From contig NIVC01000162.1 of NCBI GenBank assembly GCA_002269645.1, forward strand, positions 434,001-498,000: a stretch of DNA of 64,000 bases, given 5' to 3'. Shown one piece after another: positions 1-11,889 of this stretch (within the stretch, counting starts at the first letter, position 1; every line of letters starts with the position of its first letter). This stretch comes from Macrostomum lignano (Eukaryota). The position numbers were made by a program, and so were the translations under genes. Under the pieces are notes generated by a model. It worked only from the letters and a program-made list of their open reading frames with translations. It did not search any database and was not told the DNA's origin.

Positions 1-829
1 AGCAAGTTGTTTGCCACTTGGCTGATCCATTCAGATGACACTGGTACAGGAAATTGGGATTCACGTTTCTTGGAACAGTGATGCGCACTTGTGGTGGCCT
101 GCCAGCCGATCTCAAGAATTCAACTCAAATCATGGCTCCACACACAAGCGAATTCCGGTTTTCTGAGGAGCCCACGTGTGTGCCCTACTGCCCCAAGGCG
201 GGCCGAAACGTGATGTTGCTGTCCACCATGCATCACGATAGACAATTGCTTCCCAATGGCAAGACTGTAGCAATAGGCACGTACTACAATTCTACCAAGA
301 GTGGCACGGACACCTGCAACAGGATGTTCCGCACATCCGACTGCTAGCGAAAGTGCGACTCATGCGAGAAGGCAATCTTCTCCGGCGGCGTACTCAACAT
401 AGCAGCTGTGAATGCCGCTGCTATCTGAAGACTGGCGCACCCGGAGCTCTGCACCTCGCCGACTATCGCAACGAGTTCCAGCGCAAGGCAGTTGCGCAAC
501 TTCTGCAACCTCTGATCGAGGAGCGCTCGCAATCAGCCGCTCTTCTTCAGAATCTGTCCAATCATCACCGGCTGATGTTCCAGCTCGCAGGTTGTCGAAT
601 CAACGACGAGCAAATGAAGGAACAGGCACGTGAAGCGGCGGCTGTGGTGTCAGTTGGTGGCAGAAAGCGCTGTGCAACATGCGCGAGACAAAAGTCAAAG
701 GACGAGAAGCGTGCCTTGAGTGCGACCACAAGGAAGTGTTGCATGTGTGACGAAGGAATTTGCCGAAGACACACTGCGATGGAAGAGACAGTGAGTCACC
801 ATTACTGCGCACGTTGTGCACCAAATTAA
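1..829 (+). pseudogene. piggyBac-family (PGBD4-like) transposase remnant, 3' part
   Basis: Frame of ORF 54-347 has VMLLSTMHH and YYNSTKSGTD (piggyBac third catalytic Asp region). After TAG at 345-347 the same frame reads RKC..IFSGGVLNIAAVNA, then shifts into ORF 353-829 with RNEFQRKAVAQLLQPLIEER and the Cys-rich C-terminus RKRCATC..CCMCDEGICRRH..HYCARC. In-frame stops and a frameshift indicate decay; no TTAA-flanked TIR found. Confidence 0.8.
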
Positions 830-1730
830 ATAGTGCCAATTGACTCCGCTTTTGTGTCTATGTGTCGGTGTTTAGATCCTTCCGCTCTGAATATGCTGTA
901 ATATCATTTTGGACAAATTAAATATTTTATATTCTTCAGGCGCCAATTAAATCTGTAACTCTCCGATTTAACATGGTGCAAAAGCATTGTATAATACGCA
1001 GACATGCCTGGTTTGGTGCCTTGATAGAAAAAGCACGATGTTGGGGGTGTCAGCTCGTCGGGGCCTCGTGGTGGCACTCCGTTGAAGGTCCCGAAGGTCG
1101 CCTGTATGTCTACAGGTCAGCCTAGAGGGTCGCCATCGTCCATTTCATTCACCGATTATGTCTACTGACTGAATGCTGCATGCAGAAGAGGATTGTTCCA
1201 CTTCAGTTTTGGGAACGCAGCCGTCTCTGAGATAACCGATCGGGTGCTTTTGTTGAGGGTCCCGACGGTCGCCGCCGCTGCTCCAGACGGTGATGAAGGG
1301 GACCCTGGGGCCTGGGATGCTGAGAACAAAGGCCTCTACGACTGATATGCATAGTTTGTTAAGCCGACATGGTTTCATGCTGAGATTTTGTGAGCAGAAA
1401 ATTTCTGCCAATGTTGGTGGTTTTTTGCCACCGGACACCCTGAGGAGAATCGTTGAATATCTCGACGATGCCGATTTTTCTTGATTCTCAAAGTTGTTTC
1501 ATCGAATAGAGCGGAAAATTTTAGCCGTGTTCTGTATTTTCATGGCAATTGTTAGAATATTTTTGGAGATACAGACAAAGGAAAAATGTGTGTATTTGAA
1601 ATACACCCCCATGGTCTTTCTACTATTAAAGGAAGACGACGTTCTTCATAAAAAAATTTTACAACCAGCGATTCGAAACCAGGGAAGCCTTTTCTGTTCT
1701 TGTCGGTCAAATGTCCTGGGAGCGCGAGAT

Positions 1731-1842
1731 TTTCCCACAGGAGGATTCCCCGCAGGAAGCTTTCCTACAGGAGGGTTCCCCGCAGGAAGCTTTCCTACAG
1801 GAGGTTCCCCACAGGAAGCTTTCCTACAGGAGGGTTCCCCGC
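1731..1842. repeat. short ~30-bp tandem repeat (ttccccgcaggaagctttcctacaggagg), about 3.5 copies
   Basis: Directly visible; produces the GGFPAGSFPT repeat in ORF 1494-1982. Confidence 0.8.
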
Positions 1843-2519
1843 GAGAATTAGGGTTTGCTTTTGTAGTTTCTCTAATGGTAAGAAACTTTAGCGAAGAAAG
1901 AGAACGGGTTCATTCGACCCATTTTTCTAAACTTAGCAGTGTTCTGTCAGGTGTTAATCTTTTAGTATCCTTTGAAATATAACATTGTTTCCGTTAGCAG
2001 TTCCTTATGTCTGTCGACCGAAAACCTAGCGCACATTCTCTCTACGAAGGCCTTCACACGGAACTACGAAATCTCCCTTGGGAGAATTTTCCCATAGTCA
2101 GAATCACGAGAAACCTCAGCAGCCTCTTAGCTCAATTGAGTCCACTCTCTATATTTATCTGCCCCTGGGCAGCGCCCCGCAGTGCCTGAGAGTGGAAGGA
2201 GTTTCACATGGAGTAGCGGCGCCTTCTGAACGTTAAGAGCTCGGGATTAAAGAATTGGAAATTTTCTGGCTTATTGGCCTCTCAGCTCCTCTTCTTTAAA
2301 CCCCGCCTGTTTTCTGGCGCTGTCTTGGTCTATGGAATACCACTGATAGTGATGTTGAAGCTTAGAGCTGGGAGCCTTTGTTTTATTATTCCCCTGGTCC
2401 TCAGTTGTTTCGGGGTGGTCTGCGTCGAAAGGTCTTACCTCGAGAATGTGTGTTTCCTCTTACGAGTACGTAGTCTCTACACAATGCCCAGTCATGAAAA
2501 GCTAAAGCAGAAGACGATA

Positions 2520-3110
2520 CACTCTTCTTGACTGGTGATGGTCGCTCGCCCGGTAGCCCTTAGGTAGCGGATGAGCTGACAGAGATTCTCGGGCCGGAAA
2601 ACGTCAGAGGGTTTGGGTCGAGGTAGGTGAGCTTGTCTTAAGTAAAGGCGGGGCATTCGCAGATGAAGTGCTCCGCATTCGCAACACAGAAGGGGCATTC
2701 TTTGCTACGGATTTTTCCCTGGAAGTAAGGATGTCTGGCGAAACAGGTAGGGCCCGTGAGGGCCATGGTTAATCTGAATCCCTGATGTCCCTGCGGTTGA
2801 GTCTAAGCAGGGCCCGTGAGGGCCATGGTTAATCTGAATCCCTGATGTCCCAGCGGTTGAGTCTAAGCAGGGCCCTGCGGAGGGCGGGCGGACAGGGGAC
2901 AGCCGCACGGGATTGCCGGCAGTCTGGTCGAGCCAGCCTTGACCAGACGATCGACCAACTCGAGCTTTGGGACACCTTGTTGGATGCGCTTAAGCGTTTA
3001 AGCTGCGCGTTGCAGTCGAGGACTGTACGCGAGCAGGTGGTGTTGCCCTCAAGGGCATGGATCGCCGCTTGACTGTCTGGTTGTCTGGAGGATGATCGTA
3101 CCAAAAACTC
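2520..3110 (-). mobile_element. decayed non-LTR retrotransposon (I/LOA/R1-group LINE) fragment: RNase H piece plus C-terminal CCHC zinc knuckle
   Basis: Minus strand reads DSQAAIHALEGNTTCSRTVLDCNAQLKRLSASNKV (LINE RNase H DSQAA motif), then CRQSR..ALLRLNR, LTGPTCFARH..KECPFC..AEHFICECPAF and LCQLIRYLRATGR, across several frames with stops. An internal 60-bp tandem duplication lies at 2749-2868. Confidence 0.75.
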
Positions 3111-4795
3111 GCTGATAACAATCGCAAATCACGGGTGCAAATTTCTCTGAAGGCATCTTTTTTATTCTTAGCGCTAGTATTGATAAATCTATCAAAAGTT
3201 TTTACCTTGGGGGGGGGGTGGGGCAGACAAAGAATCTTGCTTATGGCTGCGGGCCAGATGAGAGAAAAAGGAGAGGCGAGAGAGATGGGAGAAGAGCGTG
3301 GAGATGAGATGGAAGGAGAGAAGAGAGGTGAGATGAGATGAGACCAACCTTAAGCGGGCCACATTGCTGTTGCGAAGTTTCAAGAACCCGAAGGCCGGAT
3401 AGAGAGGCTTCGAAGGATGAAGTTTGCCGACCCCTGCACTAAATCTACCATTCACAGAGGCTGCACTCACAAGGTTATCAAGCTGATTTTCGTGAAATTC
3501 TGCCGGAGAAAGGTCCCGGCAAAATTTCAGTTTTTCTTTTTATGTATTTTTTCTAGACAGTTCGACCGGATTTGTCTATGGCAAAACCCTATTCATTGCT
3601 ATGCAGAAAAGTAAATATTCGAGAAATCTTGTCTGGGTATACAAACTACCCGGTACTTCAGACGAAGGTAAATGGCATTTTAAGCAAACTGCAGGTTACT
3701 GTTACTTCAGTCTCTCTGTTCCTCTTTTTAGCTTCATCTCGTTCGAATCAACAAAAACGAGTCCCTCAAAGCCTGAGAGGACTTCGATTTTCCCCATTCA
3801 CCTGACGTCTCCATCGCCTTTGCTATCGACTATTTCTGGCGAGTGCCTGCATGCAATATGATGCAGTTGCAGTGACGCCCTGGCTGGACTGCAGGCTCGC
3901 ATGCTAGCATGTAGACATGTATGTAGTCTGTCAGGAATTGTAGATGAAAATTCACGATTCGCTCAATTTACAACACGCTCAGGTTTCAGTTGCTACTTTG
4001 AAACTTATCTCTATATTCGCTTAGGTATTTTTATCACTGAATTTTATCGTCAAGATGTCACTTGGACAATCCTGCTGCTGAATTGATTGGTCAATCTGGT
4101 CAATATGGCTCCGCTTATCTGCTGGTTACGGATTCATTGTCCTAATCCAGAGCAATAATAATAATAATAGTAGTTACGCCCCACGCCAGCCACAGAAGTG
4201 GCCAAAAGGGGGGAGCGTCAAATCGCGCGTTTCAGAGCTAGGTCTCTAATGTGCTTCACACCGGCCGCCTGGCTGGGTGCTCGCGCATTTTCAAAAAGGC
4301 GGTCGACGTAGCGGGCTGATCGTCCCTGGCCACGCCTGCGCGGTCCCTGCGGGGTCCACAGCAGGACGTCCTGCAGCGGCTCTGGGCAGTAGGCTTCGGC
4401 CCGGATGACATGTCCGGCCAGCCGCAGAGCAACTTTCAGTCACCGTCCGTCCTCGAATCGCATCCGACACTTGTTGTTGAGCTGCTGGCCCTACAAATTC
4501 CTGTAAAAATACTGCAAAAGATGGGTTTGAACACTGTTGCTGAACTGAACCGCTTTAATCCGAACTTTAAAAGGGAGCGTATAGCTCCGATGCGGATTTT
4601 AAGCCTGCAGTAAATGACAGTTTATTTGTCTTAAGAGTTCACAAAGAGAAACAACTTTAGAGAGGACAGTATATGCTATAATACTGGGACACAGTGCAGG
4701 CTGCCAGCAAGTCGCCGATAAATTCAGATCAGAACTTGTTTAGTCCCATATACGCCTGTCTGGCTTGCAAAACTGCAGCAATCCTGCTTAATATA

Positions 4796-5760
4796 TCAAT
4801 CTTGAGTAGGATTTTGAGTGATGTAATCTAAGAAACTCGGATGCATATTGCCATCGAAACGCTTGCCGAACATTCCCCCGTTGAACCGCTTGCCGAACAT
4901 TCCACCGTTGAACCGCTTGCCGAACATTCCACCGTTGAACCGCTTGCCGAACATTCCTCCGTTGAACCGCTTGCCGAACATTACCCCGTTGAACCGCTTG
5001 CCGAACATTCCACCGTTGAACCGCTTGCCGAACATTCCACCGTTGAACCGCTTGCCGAACATTCCACCGTTGAACCGCTTGCCGAACATTCCTCCGTTGA
5101 ACCGCTTGCCGAACATTACCCCGTTGAACCGCTTGCCGAACATTCCACCGTTGAACCGCTTGCCGAACATTCCACCGTTGAACCGCTTGCCGAACATTCC
5201 ACCGTTGAACCGCTTGCCGAACATTCCCCGTTGAACCGCTTGCCGAACATTCCACCGTTGAACCGCTTGCCGAACATTCCACCGTTGAACCGCTTGCCGA
5301 ACATTCCACCGTTGAACCGCTTGCCGAACATTCCACCGTTGAACCGCTTGCCGAACATTCCCCCGTTGAACCGCTTGCCGAACATTCCACCGTTGAACCG
5401 CTTGCCGAACATTCCTCCGTTGAACCGCTTGCCGAACATTCCCCCGTTGAACCGCTTGCCGAACATTCCTCCGTTGAACCGCTTGCCGAACATTCCACCG
5501 TTGAACCGCTTGCCGAACATTCCACCGTTGAACCGCTTGCCGAACATTCCCCCGTTGAACCGCTTGCCGAACATTCCTCCGTTGAACCGCTTGCCGAACA
5601 TTCCTCCGTTAAATTTCTTAACTTGGTTTGCAGCCAACGCCTGCTGTGTCGCATGCTCAGCGTTGTGAGGAATCACTTCAGTGTCCGCTAGCGAACAGAA
5701 TGGAATGGATGCCAAAATGGCAGCTACAGCACCCAGAACAAGTATATGTCGACTAGCCAT
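4796..5760 (-). CDS. neuropeptide precursor (FNGGMF-amide / FNGVMF-amide), single coding exon, one 1-nt deletion at 5226-5229
   Basis: Hydrophobic signal peptide MASRHILVLGAVAAILASIPFCSLA, a KK site, then 28 copies of FNG(G/V)MF-G-KR (amidation Gly plus dibasic cleavage), and tail FDGNMHPSFLDYITQNPTQD-TGA. The array 4859-5613 is 755 nt = 28x27-1. Unit variation is mostly at the third position of the first Gly codon (GGT/GGG/GGA). Confidence 0.87.
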
Positions 5761-6333
5761 GTTTAATCGCGACAGATCGTCTGCAGTCTATGCAGTCTAA
5801 GCCTCTCAATTTGTTGACCATGCTAAGAGCACCAGCTACACTGCATATTTATACGAAAGAGGAATTCAAACCATCTCCTGTCCCACGAGGCATGATTGGT
5901 CGAGCTCCTGCTCAGAATTCTAGTCATTGAGAGCTTATTCGTTACAAGTTACAACCGCTCCGAAATCAGAGTCAGTTATTACTGCCCAAGTTTTCAGTTG
6001 TTGCATGCAATGCGCAGGAAAAAATGAATAAATTTTAAAGCAGGCAAAACGCGATTCTGTCTCAAATATATGCAATTTAGATTAGCACACAGAATTTATA
6101 CAACCATTTTTCTCTCAACTATCGTACGAGTACTTCAACTTTCCTTCCCTGGTGAACGCAACCTAGAAATGGCCAAGATCCATATTTGGGACTCGATGAT
6201 GATGGAAGCGCACGGGAGGAATCGCGCCAGCTTCCTGTCCTGGGGGGACTGCTGAATTGGTGAAAATTAACTTTCGGCACGCAGAGTCTCCAAGATGATA
6301 GTCTAAAAAAGTTTGTTAGTTTTTAAAACAACC

Positions 6334-6677
6334 CAGGGGTGTCACCATGCATTTTATGGTAGGGGGGAGCCAAGAATTCTACGTGACTAAATTTCTACAG
6401 TATTTTGGAAATCTGCATGGGTTCTAGCTAGAGCTCATTTTGGCGCCGCAGACACTGGCGCCACAGGCCTCATTTTTTGCACCTCAAGCACTCATTTTTT
6501 CACAGTTTTGGCGCTGAGACACTCGTTTTGGCGCTGAAGGCGTTGTTATATTTTGGCGCCCTGAAACAAAATTTGTTATTTGCATAGGTGGGGCTTGGGG
6601 GTGACAAAGTAATGGCATGTCCCCACATAGCTTTTACTAGGGGGGGGGACATGTATCCGCCGGTGGCGACGCCCCTG
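6334..6677. mobile_element. hAT-like non-autonomous element (MITE)
   Basis: 14-bp TIRs CAGGGGTGTCACCA (6334-6347) and TGGCGACGCCCCTG (6664-6677), 12/14 match. Flanking 8-mers AAACAACC / CACCAACC match 6/8 (possible eroded 8-bp TSD). Confidence 0.5.
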
Positions 6678-7325
6678 CACCAACCTATAGCTCGTAAATT
6701 CTATAGATGTACGAGCATAGCTCACGGACAGCCGAACTAATTTGCGCGAGCATAGGCCACGCCGCTGACAGAATCCGGGGGCTGCAGACAGTGCATGCTT
6801 GCAGCATCAGTAGCAGCACCCGCACCGGCTGTGAGCAGTCGTATACAACTCGGCGCGGATAATGTGGCCTGCCAGTTGGAGTTGCCAAAGGCGCAACAGG
6901 TTGCTTAGACTGACCAGACTGCCTTGAAATTGTGGCCTATGGCAAGCCATGATGAGACAAATTAAGTACTCCAGCTCATTTAACTTCTCCTCCGCTGGGA
7001 GTTCCGATTTTTTAATTAAATTATCTTAAAACATTGCACACCAATTTCCCCCGACTTGAACACGAGTAAACGAGCGTTTAAAAGTCGCAAAGCACAATAT
7101 TTAGAGTAGAAACGAGTAGTTAACGATAAGGATTGGTAAAATAAAAGCTTATCAAGATATTTATTGATTTTTAAATACATTCAATAGTTAAACGCTTTAA
7201 GTTTCAGATTAATGGAGAATTGTTCAATATTCAAAAGTTATGATTCAATAAAACGAAAACGTTATGTTATGTAAAGAACATTTTTTTTACAAATTTTCTA
7301 CACACTCTACTGTTGTTTGACCAAG

Positions 7326-8314
7326 TCAGTAGTAAGGAACAGTGTTTGGCACCACAACAACCGGCACACTGCTGTGGTGCACCACGTAGGCTGACACGCT
7401 GCCCAGCACCGTGCGCCGAACAGTGCCGAGTCCACGGCTACCCACCACCAGGAGGTCCGCGCCTCGATCCTCGGCCAGCTTAACAATGGCCGGGCCGGGA
7501 CCGCCGCAGTATTCGCACAGCCAGCGAGCGTCGGTCAGGTTGTACGGCAGGCACCAGTCGGATGTGACTTTGCGCTCCAGCTGGCGCGCTGAGGCCACTA
7601 TTGAATGCCAGACCTGAGTGTGTCAGATGTGCGGTTGGCATGCGCGCTTTTGGTGGACTGCGTGTGCTTATAGGCTCACCAAGGATGAGGTGCTGTTGCA
7701 GACAGACCATGTGAACCAGCGGCCCTACTATGACCCCTATGACCCGAAGACCCATGGATCTGAAGACTCAATAACCCTATGACCCTGTGATCTGACCACC
7801 CTGTGACCCAGCGGCCCAATGACCCTGTGAACCAGTGGCCTAATGACCTAAGAGTAAGACCCAATGACCCTGTGACTGTGACCTATGACCCTGTAACCCC
7901 ATTACCCTGTGATCCAATGACCCTGTGACCCCATGACTCTGATCTAATTACCAGCTGTGACCCAATCCAATGCCCTATGATCTAACGGCTGTAACCTAGT
8001 ATTTGGCCTACTAGCCACTAGCCAGCACTCATCGATTAAATATATCATATCATATCATATCAATACTCATAGATCGACCTGTCCCCCTCCCCACTCACCT
8101 GACTCGGGTCACTCCACAAGCCCGAAGGTGGCGCTTCGACGTGCAGAAAAGTCACGTGATCGCCCCGTCGATACAGCCGCCGCATGAAGTAGTCGAACGC
8201 CCGCTTAGATTGCTCGCCGCCGTCCACAGCGATGGCGACAACTCGAGATGAGCTGTTGTCGAATTTCTGTTTCTCGCTAACAGCTGTGATTTGCTGTTGC
8301 TGCTCGGGCTCCAT
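7326..8314 (-). CDS. universal stress protein (UspA domain), exons 8314-8099 and 7613-7326
   Basis: [18 protein letters not shown] (USP strand 1/helix 1) and [38 protein letters not shown] (G-2x-G-9x-GS ATP-binding motif). Donor CAG|GTGAGT at 8098 and acceptor CTCAG| at 7614, both phase 0. Confidence 0.92.
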
Positions 8315-9249
8315 GTTCTCGGGTGCTTTGGAACTTAACTTAGACTTAGGAATTTAACTATTTTGTTATTACAGTCAACTCTGGTTAGATTGTTTGTCAC
8401 ACCAACCAAGGGCCAGCCAGACAGAACTGGCCTGCGCTTCTCTATTTAGTTGATTCTAGGGCGTGCATCTTGCTCTGTCTCGTGTGTGGGGTGCCGGCTT
8501 TCTTATCTCTCTGCCGACGCCTGCCCTTGCTAAGTGCGCTTAGAATGTACATTGTCCCGGGCAGTGTACATTATTTTATTAATAGACTTCGACTTTTGCC
8601 TCCAACCCCATTTTTATCGGTTTGGCTGGACGGAAAACAGACCTAGATTAAGGAATGGTTTTTTGCCTTTCTTTTATTAATTATTTGTACTTTTTGACAG
8701 AATACATCGATCATCTTTGATTCTTTGACGTTTGTTATAAAATCACGCAATTTTAGCTGATTATACATTAACTTCCTTTGGTAAATATTAGGACTGCAAA
8801 TGCAACAAGAGTAATATAGCTCGTAAATAAACGAAGCATAAAAATCGTGTTAAAACGCGTTCCTAATTTTGTTTAACGCTTCGCTTATAAATAAATCGCT
8901 TTTAAATTGTTCAGGGAACATTTCAAAGGTGTCTTTGTTTTACCTTTAAAAGTAGAAATACTTTATTTTGATGCATTTTATAGAATATTAACCACACTTT
9001 CAAGCGCAGTATCCTGAGGAAGATAGTAATTGGTTAGTGCCATAAGAGATTAAAACACTGATTTTTTGTATTTAGGATTCTCAAGGAGGTAAATTACATG
9101 CACGAGACATGCTGAGCAAAGCTAATTGGTTAAACAGAAAGTGGCAGAGAGTTACAGAGCGGCTCAGATTGGTGCAGAATCTAATTTTCGTATTCTCAAT
9201 GTGTGCATGCCAAAGCTTGAATTCACTGCAGTTGCAGCTGTCACTAGTC

Positions 9250-11655
9250 CTACATCAGTGTCGACTGGGTCGCTGCAAAGTGACTGTAGGCTGCGAATCC
9301 GGCAGCAGCAGCAGTGATGCAGCCGCCGCTGCCACCGACGCTGCCGTCGTTCCCGTTGACGCCGCCTTGATAGCCCGCAGCAGGGCCGCCGTAGCCGTAG
9401 CCGTAGCCGTAACCATAGCCGTAGCTATAACCGTAGCCTGCCTGCGCCTGGGTCCGATCCCAGCTGCCAAGCTGATGCTGCTGATGTTGCAGCGCCTGCT
9501 GCTGCGGCTGCTGCTGTTCCGCTGGCTGATAGAAACGAGGCAGCTGCTCCTCAGCCTTCGACTGCTCAGCAACCGCGGCCTCGGCTTGAGCAGGTGAATC
9601 AATACCAGCCGCCTTAGGCGCTGCCATCTGCCGCAGCGCCTTCTCCGTTCGTTTCCGCTCCACGATCAGCGCGCAGCCGTCGCATCTGCAGGCCAGGAAC
9701 GGGCAGCGCCGCTTATGACCGCGCCACTCCACTGACAGGCCGTGGTTGCGGCACTTGCGGCAGTGCGCGGTCAACGGCGAGGCTGCTGCTGCTGCTGCTG
9801 ACGACTCGGTCGCAGCATTGGGGTTCGGCGACGCCGAGGTCGGCGGCTGAAGGTCCGGCAGCGCGCCGCGCTGGTCCCTGTACATCGCAATCTGCCTGGC
9901 GACCACCCGGCGACTTCGATCGACCATTCGGCAGGCCTGGCAGCCGCAGGTCAGGTAGGGGCACAGCTTCTTGTGCCGCCGCACCGGGGCTTTGAGGCCG
10001 TGGGCTCGGCACTTGCGGCACAGGTAATCGGACCGAATGCTGCCCCCGCCGCTGCTGGCTGCGTGTTGGATGGCCTCGGTCGAGCTGAAATGGGTCGAGT
10101 TGGAGATTCACTGCAGGTTGATACAGATGAAGATGCTGCAATGTTAGTTGTTTTTTTCAGTAACTTGTCTGTCCCGCAAATCCACTCAATCTCACATTGA
10201 TCCATGATCGCACCCTGAGATTCCCCACTTCACGCACCTACACGCCATCTCAATCCTTTAAGACTCCAAGTAACACGTCAAGCGATCCCCAATCCTAACC
10301 TAATAAGACATCCACAGCCTCACTCCAAGTCTCCAAGATATCTCAAAACACAACTGAAGAGATCCGAACTCTCGCTCCAAGATCCAATACTGAAGGTCCC
10401 AATCTCACCCAAGAGATCCTGATCTCACCCAAGAGATCCTGATCTCACCCAAGAGATCCTGATCTCACCCAAGAGATCCTGATCTCACCCAAGAGATCCT
10501 GATCTCACCCAAGAGATCCTGATCTCACCCAAGAGATCCTGATCTCACCCAAGAGATCCTGATCTCACCCAAGAGATCCTGATCTCACCCAAGAGATCCT
10601 GATCTCACCCAAGAGATCCTGATCTCACCCAAGAGATCCTGATCTCACCCAAGAGATCCTGATCTCACCCAAGAGATCCTGATCTCACCCAAGAGATCCT
10701 GATCTCACCCAAGAGATTCTGATCTCACCCAAGAGATCCTGATCTCACCCAAGAGATCCTGATCTCACCCAAGAGATCCTGATCTCACCCAAGAGATCCT
10801 GATCTCACCCAAGAGATCCCAATCTCACCCAAGAGATCCTGATTTCAGCCAAGAGATCCCAATCTCACCCAAGAGATCCTGATTTCAGCCAAGAGATCCC
10901 AATCTCACCCAAGAGATCCTGATCTCACCCAAGAGATCCCAATCTCACCCAAGAGATCCTGATCTCACCCAAGAGATCCCAATCTCACCCAAGAGATCCC
11001 AATCTCACCCAAGAGATCCTGATCTCACCCAAGAGATCCTGATCTCACCCAAGAGATCCTGATCTCACCCAACAGATCTCAATCCCACTCAAGAGATCCC
11101 AATCTCACCCCAATCTCACCCCAACAGATCTCAATCTCACCCCAGCAGATCTCAATCTCACCCCAGCCGATCCCTATCTCACCCAAAGAGATCCCCAATT
11201 TCACCCAAAGAGATCCACAATCTCACCGAAGAGATCCCGATCTCACCCCAATCTCACTTCAAAATTCCAATGACACACAAATAGATCCCAATCTCACCCA
11301 AAAGATCCCGATCTCACCCAACAGATCCCAATCTCACTGTAGAGGAGACCTATCACACTTGAAGATATCTTTAATCTCATGCTATTAGATCCCAATGTCA
11401 CCTGAAGGGTTAAAAGATTCATTTTCTCATTTCTAAGAGCTGGAATCTCACCCACCTAAGACCCATATCTCAAAATCCACTCGTGCATTAAATTACAATA
11501 AATGAAAAAAATAAATGTATAAAAGCTACTCACTGCACTTCATTTGGTGTTGATGGCGAAGCTTCAGACTTGACAGTGAACAATTCCAAGCTGAACTGCT
11601 GCGGATGCTGGCACTGCTGATGCTGCTGATGCTGGAAGCTGGACTGTTGGTACAT
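9250..11655 (-). CDS. Dmrt/doublesex-mab-3-related transcription factor with two DM domains; exons 11655-11534 and 10084-9250 (~318 aa)
   Basis: DM1 CRKCRAHGLKAPVRRHKKLCPYLTCGCQAC and DM2 CRKCRNHGLSVEWRGHKRRCPFLACRCDGC both fit C2HC-HC3. Exon 1 starts MYQQSSFQHQQ and ends CA|GTGAGT; acceptor TTTCAG|C at 10085. The phase-2 join gives CAC and keeps the frame. Confidence 0.92.
10395..11360. repeat. 20-bp minisatellite GATCTCACCCAAGAGATCCT in intron 1 of the DM gene
   Basis: About 30 near-perfect copies at 10401-11070, degenerating distally. Confidence 0.95.
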
Positions 11656-11889
11656 TTTCGTCTGTCTGTTGAAATTGAAACAGTATCCAATATTGTTACT
11701 GTAATATCGAACTTATATATATATAGCTTCTTAAATTTATGATAGCATTTCGGAGGATTTTCTTTCCCTCTCCACAGTCGATTGGGTCCGGACGAATCCT
11801 ATTGGTTGGCGCCCCACCCCAACCTCCGCCCGCTCCCGCTCGAATCAATCCATGGATCCATAGGGGGAGCGCACTATGGAAACATCCCA

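Noticed and set aside
345-347. Stop-codon readthrough in the piggyBac ORF
   Set aside because: A second stop and a frameshift follow within 100 nt; simple decay is more parsimonious.
1145-2531. Short ORFs between the piggyBac and LINE relics
   Set aside because: No recognisable motif; stop-interrupted; could be further mobile-element debris.
4841-5668. Plus-strand and alternative-frame ORFs over the neuropeptide array (VEPLAEHST, LNRLPNIPP, ECSASGSTV repeats)
   Set aside because: Shadows of the 27-bp repeat; only the FNGGMFGKR frame has a signal peptide, processing sites and synonymous variation.
7680-7724. Possible extra 45-nt USP exon ([15 protein letters not shown]) ending TTG|GTGAGC
   Set aside because: Phase-compatible, but the acceptor is weak and there is no USP similarity; needs transcript data.
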